A DNA stretch of 64,000 bases from Macrostomum lignano (lineage: Eukaryota): assembly GCA_002269645.1 (NCBI GenBank), contig NIVC01002013.1, positions 1-64,000 of the forward strand, written 5' to 3'. Below are positions 56,267 to 64,000 of the stretch, one piece after another. The translations under genes were made by a program, and so were the position numbers. Each line of letters starts with the position of its first letter. The stretch's first letter is position 1. The notes under the pieces are model-generated. The model ran no database searches. It saw only the letters and a program-made list of their open reading frames with translations, and had not been told where the DNA came from.

Positions 56267-59200
56267 AGTCCCCGCCGAGGACTTTAGTCGCTCAGCAGGC
56301 CACTGCTGAGACAGCCTCCGCCGCACCTGTACAGAATTCTGCACCCAAGCGACCTCGGAGAGATCCGTTTTTAACTGGTGAGATTCAAGGCCGCCATTTT
56401 GCTTTCTTGCTTGATACCGGGTCCAAGTGTGAAGTCCTAGGATTCAGCACCTGGCACCGCCTATGTACTGACGACCCGACCCTGCGTGGCCAAATCAAGC
56501 CCTGCCTTCAGCGCATCGTGACCTACAATGGTGAGCCAATTCAGATGGCAGGAGAACTATCTATCAAAGTGAAGATTGGTAATTTTGAGCCTACAGTCAA
56601 GTTTCTGCTAGCGAAAGGATCGCATGACAACATTCTGGGCTTCGAGTTCCTGGAGAAGTACAGCACATCACTGGACCTCGCCGCCGGAATGCTGTTTTTC
56701 AAGGACGGCACAGCCGCACCGCTTCGCTACACGCGAACCGAAGCTACAACGTGCAGAATCTACACGGCCGAGAGCACAACTGTGCCGCCGTTATCATCTG
56801 CCCGAATTAAAATCAAATTAGCCAAAGGACGAGAAGAAAACCAGGGTACACCCGCCGTGATCGAGCCGCTGAAACCGGCTCGTCGTGAAGAAGATGTGCA
56901 GCACTTGGACGCCGCGCCTGCCCTGATTTCCATGGCTAATGGAGAAGGCGCTATTGAAATGATCAACCGTGGCACTACAGCCATCAAAGTGCGAGCGAAT
57001 GCCCTAGTCGGGATTGCTAGACCAATCAGACTGCCCGAGCTACATTTCTTCCCGCTGCCGAAATCAGAAGACTCTGTCAATCAAATCCAAGACGAGGATC
57101 CCGATGCTTGGATTAAGGAGATCGATATCAGCGAGGATCTGTCCAGTGACCAGCGCGCTCAAGTCATCGAGCTATTGAGAAAGTACCAGACCATCTTCTC
57201 GCAGGGGCCACACGATCTCGGCCGAACTCATCTGGTCACCCACAACATCGTACTGAAGGACAAAGATCCGGTGCATCTCCCAACGCGAAGGATCCCGCCG
57301 CACCTGCTACCCAAGGTGGACCAGTTACTCGACGATCTGCTGGCCAAAGGCGTGATTCGACCGAGTTTCTCCAGCTACAACACCCCGCTGGTGATCATCC
57401 CGAAGAAGGACGGCAGCCTAAGAATTGTACAAGATTTCCGGAGTCTGAATCAAAAGTGCGAGTATTTTCCGTACCCGATTCCTAATATTCAAGAAGCATT
57501 CGCCAGCCTCGAAGGAAGCCAGCTATTCAGCACGTTTGACTTGAACAGCGGCTACTATCAGATTCCACTGCGTCCGGAAGATCAAGACCTGACTGCCTTC
57601 GCCACGCTGCACCGCGGACAGTTCGCCTACAATGTTATGCCAATGGGATTAAGTTCAGCCCCAGCCAGCTTCATGCGCCTCATGAACGCTGTGCTCAACG
57701 GGATTGCCTACAAAAGTGCTATTGCCTACCTGGATGACGTAATCGTCTATTCTAAGAAATTTAACGACCACCTACGGCATATGGAAGAAGTATTTAAGAG
57801 AGTCCAAGAAGCTAATCTAAAGTTCAAAGGCAAGAAGTGCCATTTATTTCGGGCAAGCCTCAACTACCTGGGACACGTAGTAACCAAAGATGGAATCAAG
57901 ACCGACCCGGCGAAAATCGAAGCTATTCAAACCTGGCCAAGACCAAGAACAGCCCGACAGCTTAAGAGTTTTGTCTGCACGTGCGCTTACTATGCTAAAT
58001 TCGTACCTGGCTACGCAGAACTTGCAGCTCCGCTCCACGACCTAATCAAGGAAAAGAAGATTAGAAATTTCAATTGTCTATGGGGAAAAGCCCAGCAAGA
58101 CGCGTTTGATCAGCTCAAAGCAGCCATGACTTCGACATCAGTGCTCGCGTATCCGCAGTTCAGCGAGGATCCGGAAGTAATGTTTATCCTGGACACGGAT
58201 GCTTCTGCGACCAGAATCGGAGCCTGCCTGAGCCAACGCCAAGCCGACGGGATCGAGCGCCCAATTGGCTATTTCTCCCGGCGACTCAAACCGGCCGAAG
58301 CCCGTTATCCGATTACGAAACAGGAACTCTTGGCAGTCGTAGATGGAATGCGACACTTCAGATTCTACCTGCTGGCCAAGAAGTTCATCTGCCGAACCGA
58401 TCATGCCGCATTAACCTGGATCCTAAGGCGAACTCAACAAGAAGGAATATTCGGACGATGGCTACAGCGCCTCAGCGAATTCGAGTTCGAGATCCAGCAT
58501 CGAAAATCAAGTCAGCACCAAAACGCCGACGGCCTCTCAAGACGGCCTGAGGACGACGCTGAATGTTTGGAGGAGGCTCAGCGAGAGGCCGCCGTCGAGG
58601 AGCAAAGTAAGCAGCCAGCCGCGATAACTGGCGCAGCGGCGCCGAAGGTCCACGACAGCAGCCACCCTAGTCCTCCACCGAGCAAGAAGCGACCGACCCG
58701 CCGTCACCGACGAAAGCCGCCGACGAAATCAACTGAGTCCAACGGCGAGACTACGCCGCCCGCAACACCGACAGCCGACAGCAAGCCGCTGACAGAGCTG
58801 CATCCGCCGGCGACGAAGTCGAGGCCATCTGCCAGTCGTTATCGGGACTCACAGAGGTCGCCCACCAGCTTTAGCAGCACGACATGTTGCCCGCCAAGGA
58901 GCCGCCGGCTACTAGCTGAAGGCGACGAGGATAGCGACCACAGCGCAGCCAGCGAAGACCGCTGCCAACCCGCTCGCCGTCCTGTGTTCAAGAAGGTGAG
59001 ATTCAGCCTTGATACCGACAGTTCAGCTGACTCACTCTCATCTGCTGACGAATCTAATGCTGACGAAGCCGACGCTGACATGACCGACGAGGATCGGCCC
59101 TCAAATTCTTCATCGACCCGGCAACCGGCCAGAGTAGCGATTATGCGGAGGGAGCTCCAGACCCCGAACCATGCCGCCACAGCCGAAGCCGCGCCGACTA

Positions 59201-60789
59201 ATTCGACTAACAGACGCCAAACTTTGAACTTAACTGATCACATCCCGAGACCAGTCACACGTGAGGAGCTCCAGACCCATCAGCGTGCCGACTCCGCCAT
59301 CGCGATGATGATCAACCTAATTGAAAGTCGACAACCGAAGCCGCCGCTAAATCAGCGATTAAATCTAACAAGAGATGAGCGAAATCTCTTAGCATTCTAT
59401 GAGCAATTGGAAGTCCGAGACGACGGACTATTAGTCATCCATCTCGACGATGTTGGCGAGGAGGACAATGCGAGGATCGTCCTGCCGAAGAGTCTCGACG
59501 CCACAGTGTTTGCCGATCTGCATGGTTCGCCCTACTGCGGACACATGGGCCGAGATCTCACCATCGCAAAGGTGCGCGAGAGGTTCTGGCGACCGGCCCT
59601 GGCCAAGGCCGTGTCCGACTATGTCGCTTCCTGCCAGACCTGCACACAGAGTAAAGGACGGCGACGCATCCCAGCGCATGTACAATCATTTCCGGTCTGC
59701 GAAATCTATGGGCGATGTGCGATCGACATCATGGGCCCCACTGGAGACCCGACAGACCGAGGCAATAAGTACATCCTGACCTACGTCGACACCACGTCAA
59801 AATATCCATTCGCTTTCGCCATGAAGAATCAGCGCGCCAAGACGATCATAACTCTCCTGCAAGAACAAGTCTTCCCGATCACCGGAATCCCCGCGTGGAT
59901 CCATTCGGACCAAGGCAAACAGTTCACAGGGCACGAGTTTAGACATTTCTGCGAAGTCTATGGCATCCGGCAGACAACGACGCCGCCATATTCGCCCTGG
60001 GCCAACGGTCAAGCTGAATCGTGCAACAAAAACATCAAAAAGGTGCTCACTTGTCTCCTCGAAGATCATCAACAGTGGGACAAGATGCTGCCAGCCGCTC
60101 TGACAGCTCTGAGATCAGCCGTCAATCGTACGACGGGATTCTCGCCGCATTACGTCATCTACGGAGTGCCCTACCGGTATCCGATCGATAACACCCTAGA
60201 CCGCCTGGACGTATCGCCGGACCTCCCCGAGTACATCGCAAAGCATCAGCGTAGACTGGCCGAGACCGAAAGGATTGTGCGACAGCGATTACGAGCTGAG
60301 ATTCAACGTCGCGAAGAGTACTACGAGAGTCGACCCAAGCCCGTGGAACTGCAGCCCGGAGACCTGGTCTGCCTGGCCAACCCGAAGCTCGAGCTGGGCG
60401 AGCTGCCGAAGTTCCATCGGCCGTACAAGAGCATGTACAAGGTCAACAGAAAGGTCGGCGAAGTAGCCTACTGGATCCAGCCTGCAACAGCCCGACGTGG
60501 ACGTCCAGCAGAAATACTCGTGCATCGCAATAACATCATCAAGGTGCCGCAGATGATGGCAGATCGACCGCAGGAGCCGCCGCACCAAACTGAGCGGCCA
60601 ATGCTGCCCTTCGAGTCGAGTGACGAAAGCGAAGTCGACCCAGCCGATCAGCCCGCTCCAGAACAGCCAGCCGCAGCTCAGCCTGACCTGCGCGGCAGCC
60701 AATTGTTCGAGCCAAGCCTCCGCCATCCGGAAGTGCTGCCCGAAGGCGACCCGGATTTGCCTGACATCGGCATGGAGCTCGAGATCTAA
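56152..60789 (+). CDS. pol: Pol polyprotein (protease, RT, RNase H, integrase), open for 1545 codons
   Basis: FLLDTGS; YNTPLVIIPKKDGSLR, YLDD; ILDTDAS, TDHAAL; H-x6-H..CQTC; AIDIMGP, HSDQGKQF, NGQAES; C-terminal GPY/F-like GDLV...RPYKSMYKV. Confidence 0.97.
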   Translation: MPAPAVSQHRVPAQRQLGKRDGWTRHRGQRHPAAAPVLKSPPRTLVAQQATAETASAAPVQNSAPKRPRRDPFLTGEIQGRHFAFLLDTGSKCEVLGFSTWHRLCTDDPTLRGQIKPCLQRIVTYNGEPIQMAGELSIKVKIGNFEPTVKFLLAKGSHDNILGFEFLEKYSTSLDLAAGMLFFKDGTAAPLRYTRTEATTCRIYTAESTTVPPLSSARIKIKLAKGREENQGTPAVIEPLKPARREEDVQHLDAAPALISMANGEGAIEMINRGTTAIKVRANALVGIARPIRLPELHFFPLPKSEDSVNQIQDEDPDAWIKEIDISEDLSSDQRAQVIELLRKYQTIFSQGPHDLGRTHLVTHNIVLKDKDPVHLPTRRIPPHLLPKVDQLLDDLLAKGVIRPSFSSYNTPLVIIPKKDGSLRIVQDFRSLNQKCEYFPYPIPNIQEAFASLEGSQLFSTFDLNSGYYQIPLRPEDQDLTAFATLHRGQFAYNVMPMGLSSAPASFMRLMNAVLNGIAYKSAIAYLDDVIVYSKKFNDHLRHMEEVFKRVQEANLKFKGKKCHLFRASLNYLGHVVTKDGIKTDPAKIEAIQTWPRPRTARQLKSFVCTCAYYAKFVPGYAELAAPLHDLIKEKKIRNFNCLWGKAQQDAFDQLKAAMTSTSVLAYPQFSEDPEVMFILDTDASATRIGACLSQRQADGIERPIGYFSRRLKPAEARYPITKQELLAVVDGMRHFRFYLLAKKFICRTDHAALTWILRRTQQEGIFGRWLQRLSEFEFEIQHRKSSQHQNADGLSRRPEDDAECLEEAQREAAVEEQSKQPAAITGAAAPKVHDSSHPSPPPSKKRPTRRHRRKPPTKSTESNGETTPPATPTADSKPLTELHPPATKSRPSASRYRDSQRSPTSFSSTTCCPPRSRRLLAEGDEDSDHSAASEDRCQPARRPVFKKVRFSLDTDSSADSLSSADESNADEADADMTDEDRPSNSSSTRQPARVAIMRRELQTPNHAATAEAAPTNSTNRRQTLNLTDHIPRPVTREELQTHQRADSAIAMMINLIESRQPKPPLNQRLNLTRDERNLLAFYEQLEVRDDGLLVIHLDDVGEEDNARIVLPKSLDATVFADLHGSPYCGHMGRDLTIAKVRERFWRPALAKAVSDYVASCQTCTQSKGRRRIPAHVQSFPVCEIYGRCAIDIMGPTGDPTDRGNKYILTYVDTTSKYPFAFAMKNQRAKTIITLLQEQVFPITGIPAWIHSDQGKQFTGHEFRHFCEVYGIRQTTTPPYSPWANGQAESCNKNIKKVLTCLLEDHQQWDKMLPAALTALRSAVNRTTGFSPHYVIYGVPYRYPIDNTLDRLDVSPDLPEYIAKHQRRLAETERIVRQRLRAEIQRREEYYESRPKPVELQPGDLVCLANPKLELGELPKFHRPYKSMYKVNRKVGEVAYWIQPATARRGRPAEILVHRNNIIKVPQMMADRPQEPPHQTERPMLPFESSDESEVDPADQPAPEQPAAAQPDLRGSQLFEPSLRHPEVLPEGDPDLPDIGMELEI
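56203..56245 (+). promoter_or_regulatory. Predicted -1 ribosomal frameshift signal (gag-pol)
   Basis: G GGA AAC heptamer in gag frame (56203-56209), 6-nt spacer, stem GCTGGA/TCCAGC; pol ORF is in the -1 frame and overlaps gag. Confidence 0.75.
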
Positions 60790-60968
60790 AAGGTATTTAC
60801 CAATGAATTTGTTATTGCGCCAAGTTGCTAACTTTTGATGCGCATTACTATTAGTAGTTGTATTTGCGAACGCGTTCCAATTCTAATTTGGCTGTAAGCT
60901 TTCTCTGCACCTGCTTTGTGCTGAAAGCCGATTTTAGTTCCATTTAAGTTTGCCGTTTTGTCATTCCT

Positions 60969-61585
60969 CCTTATGCTTTCCGGATAAAAGCAGGCGTCAA
61001 ATTTCAAACTTAGTACTTCTCCTTATGCTTGAGGGATAAAAGCAACAATTTTCCAATTTGCTGTTCAAACTCAATGTACTTTTCCTTATGCTTGAGGGAT
61101 AAAAGCAACAATTTCCAATTTGTTGTTCAAACTCAATGTACTTTTCCTTATGCTTGAGGGATAAAAGCAACAATTTTCCTATTTGCTGTTCAAACTCAAT
61201 GTACTTTTCCTTATGCTTGAGGGATAAAAGCAATAATTCTCCCCTTTTGCTGTACTTTTATTTTTTTCCTTATGCTTTCTGGCTAAAAGCAGTGTATATA
61301 TTTGAGCAGTTTCCGTGCTCATGTATAGCCCGCAATGTTGCTATTTACCCAACGCGATTCATTAATCAGCACCTCTGCGCTTCGTATTTATCCTTAAGCT
61401 TTCTGGCAAAAGCCCGCACCAATGCGACCATTTTATTCAACGCATTCAATATTTAATCAATGCGATACAGTATTTGTGTCTCATCTGATTTTGCGAATTC
61501 CCGTTATTGTAAACTTCTTTGCACACGATCAAAGTGCAGAAGTACCCCCCCCCCTCTTTCCTTATGCTTCCGGGAAAAGCAATTA
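60969..61585 (+). repeat. Array of eight CCTTATGCTT-N5/6-AAAAGC motifs, including 62-63-bp tandem units
   Basis: Motif copies at about 60969, 61021, 61084, 61146, 61209, 61268, 61392 and 61560. Confidence 0.88.
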
Positions 61586-62359
61586 ATTATTGTAAACCTT
61601 CTAGTTCGATTAAAACTGAAGGTCCCCCCCTTTTTCTCTACTATTCTGTGAGCCCGCTGTCTTAGGGCCATTTTGTCTGTGCCCCGTTCAGGTCAAGCGC
61701 CCCGGATCCAGGCCTTGTCCTCTGCGGAGGGTATTCGAGGTGACTCGACCCCCTGTTCTTTGTTTGTTTTGCTCGAGCCTGGGAACATTGTGAGGGCCGC
61801 TAATTTTGGCTCCCCCCCTCTCCCAGTGCCAGTTGTTGCCCCTGTTTCATTGCAACTCCTTACGAAGCCTCTGCATGCCATATCGGTAGCTAACCTACTT
61901 TATTATAACATTATTATTAGTACGGAGCCCGCCTTTGCTCCTTTACTAATTTTTATTTTAACTGTTGTTTGTGTGCAAACCAGCCTTTCCTTAACCGCCC
62001 CATTTGATGTGAGCCGTTCAAGGCGCCCCAATTCATTCTAAGTTAGACCCCCTGCTGCGGTTAGCTATCTGTTTTATTACTCCGCGATTAGTCACCCACC
62101 CCACCTCCGTGCCCACCATAGAGTGCATGCGGGGCGGTGACTGGTGCCCTGTTCCAATGCGTGATTTCCCCCTCATTCATCGCTTGGGCAGCCGCTCGCG
62201 TATTTAAGGCAGCCAAGTGCCCCCTCACTGTTGTTAATTTTCAAATTTTCTCCGTGCGCTTAGCAAAAGTCCAATTCGCCTCCTATATATATATTTTAGT
62301 TATTATTACTGCTACCCATTACTGATTTTTGGTTGATTCGTTTGTAACTGGCGGGAGAT

Positions 62360-63097
62360 ATGTGCAACAACGCTATGTATGGAGACGCGGCTCCGGAGGA
62401 CAATGACCCGGCTTTCGACGATGCCTATGACAATGGTCAACCAGGTCCAGCGTTCGCCAACGCTCCGCCTGCGCCGGCCCCCAGCCCGGTGTCCAACGAC
62501 GACCAGTGGCTCGACCAGTTCCTGGCCCAGGTCAGCGCCACCCAAGTACTCCCGGAAATCGACGATGAAGCGATCCGACTCCTAGAGGCGCGCCCGGAGA
62601 CGCCCCCGCCGCCGCCAGCCGCCTGGTCTAATGGCACGAGTAACGAAGGACAGGCCGTGCCGCCCCAGGCCAATGTGACGCAGGCCACACCGCGAGAGCC
62701 CAAGCCGGCCCGGACCCTCGCAGAATTGCTGTACTGGGAGACGATCAGCGGACCTGGGGCTACTCTTATGAACGGCTGCCGGCTCTGGAGCCAGATCGCT
62801 GCCCAATACCCGCAGTCGGAGGTGGTGCTGGCGATCAACACGGCTGCATCGCTCGTCGGCCCCCGTCTACGAGCCGACACCGTCGGACAGCAGCTCGGCC
62901 CCTGCGCCACCCTGGCTGCCCTGTTCGCAGAATTCGGGCAATGCGACAGGATTCCGGCCCGTCTAGAACAGCTCTGCCGGGATCTGAGACTCGCCAGCTC
63001 GGCTCGGCCCAGGACCAACCGCCAGGGCGGGACTGGCGCCGCCAACCGAGGCGGCCACCATTCAGCTGGCAGAGGATGCCACCACGGCAGCGGCTGA
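62360..63097 (+). CDS. Additional ORF (ORF3) of the Gypsy element, 245 aa, unknown function
   Basis: ATG-initiated, GC-rich, uninterrupted, ends 40 bp before the 3' LTR; acidic/Pro-rich N-terminus, helical-looking core, Arg/Gly/His tail; no signal peptide or TM. Confidence 0.6.
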   Translation: MCNNAMYGDAAPEDNDPAFDDAYDNGQPGPAFANAPPAPAPSPVSNDDQWLDQFLAQVSATQVLPEIDDEAIRLLEARPETPPPPPAAWSNGTSNEGQAVPPQANVTQATPREPKPARTLAELLYWETISGPGATLMNGCRLWSQIAAQYPQSEVVLAINTAASLVGPRLRADTVGQQLGPCATLAALFAEFGQCDRIPARLEQLCRDLRLASSARPRTNRQGGTGAANRGGHHSAGRGCHHGSG

Positions 63098-63136
63098 CTG
63101 CCTAGTTTCTTCTGTCGCGTAGGGCCGCCCCGCGCA

Positions 63137-64000
63137 TGTGGCAGGCGGGATGCCACAGTAATTGTTTGGACTCAGTTTTTAATAATTTTAAGCGCTATCA
63201 AAACTTAATTTACTGACCCAACCACTGTCTTTTCACCCCGATTTTGTCCATCGTCTGCCCAGCTCCCTTTTCCTTCCGTGGCCTGGTCGCGTCCCTTCGC
63301 TGTTTTTTGTCGTCCCTTTGTTGAAATTTTGTTATCCGCCCGGTGTCCCAATGTTTTTGAGCCGGTCCATCCCGTGAATTTCTGTTTGCCCAGCGTTTGC
63401 TTCCAGTACTTGTCAGCCCCCTTTCGGGTATTTATTCTGCTAATTGTTGTGCCCAGTTTTCTCATAGGCTTCGTCTCCCTCGTTCTCTACCCTTCCCCTT
63501 TCTTCCGTTTTCAGTAAGCTTTGATTCGTTAAATTAGTGGTCCTATTTATTATTGAATTAATTTAGCGCCCCGGCGCCGCAAGAGCGAATTCATCTCGCG
63601 TGTCCAAATAATAGTTATAATAACTTTATTCAGTGCTCGCCTGCTAACTAAGCTATCATAATAAACCGACATCCTTAAATTAGCTTTTAATTTCATTCGT
63701 TGAGCCATAGCTTCTCTTGAATCATTTGCCCGTGGGGCGTAAAATAACCAAAGCTCTCATCTCAAAGAAAGCTCTGAGACTTATCCGTTCCGTAATACGT
63801 AAATTACGGTGGTGGCAGCAACTACCCTACTGAAAGTAACCAGTTCAACACATCGGCGCATTAATTTACGGAGCCGGAAATCTCCGGTGTTTTCATCGCT
63901 TTGAACGACCCGAGCCGCTAAACGACCGCTCTGCTACGATTACGACTACCCTCCCCCCGGACTTGAGAACCCGGCAGCCGGAGTAAAAGGAGAAAGATTT
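63137..64000 (+). repeat. 3' LTR (partial)
   Basis: Matches 54228-55091. Confidence 0.95.

Larger units (their letters stand above)
54228..64000 (+). mobile_element. Ty3/Gypsy LTR retrotransposon (3' LTR runs off the window)
   Basis: Direct repeats starting TGTGGCAGG at 54228 and 63137 (offset 8909), identical wherever compared through 55091/64000; gag, then PR-RT-RH-IN order. Confidence 0.96.

Noticed and set aside
60969-61585. CRISPR-like repeat-spacer array
   Set aside because: The central spacers are near-identical tandem copies, the spacing is irregular, the context is a eukaryotic LTR element, and no cas genes are present.
62360-63097. env gene
   Set aside because: No signal peptide, TM segment or RxK/RR cleavage site.
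62437-63156. 239-aa antisense ORF
   Set aside because: GC-rich shadow of ORF3 with no recognisable domain; not excluded, but unsupported.

Overview
Animal (invertebrate-type) genomic DNA with spliceosomal introns; the species cannot be determined from the sequence alone. Positions 1-10567 (+) hold the 3' part (15 exons, about 3,000 codons, 5'-truncated) of a giant type I membrane protein of uninflatable/SVEP1-like architecture (HYR, Ephrin_rec_like/GCC2-GCC3, 14 tandem EGF, LamG/pentraxin-like, TM). Convergent to it is an MTAP gene (-) whose 846-nt CDS is split into 6 exons over 38.8 kb (53304 to 14510). Its first two introns (13.3 and 21.1 kb) are filled with mobile DNA. Intron 2 carries tRNA-derived SINEs, a nested two-exon CCHC zinc-knuckle microgene, an RTE LINE relic, and a THAP/P-type DNA transposon. 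The right TIR of that transposon is split by a 9.5-kb CACTA/EnSpm (CMC) element with an intact 918-codon transposase, a BEN-domain accessory gene and inverted 12-bp subterminal arrays; a MITE and a second BEN pseudogene follow. Intron 1 carries three 2.7-3.1-kb non-autonomous Helitrons (two head-to-tail) with kilobase polypurine tracts. About 0.9 kb upstream of the MTAP ATG is a young Gypsy LTR retrotransposon (54228 to window end) with intact pol, a -1 frameshift signal, a hairpin-motif array and an extra non-env ORF. All family assignments come from recognising motifs by eye; no database searches were run.
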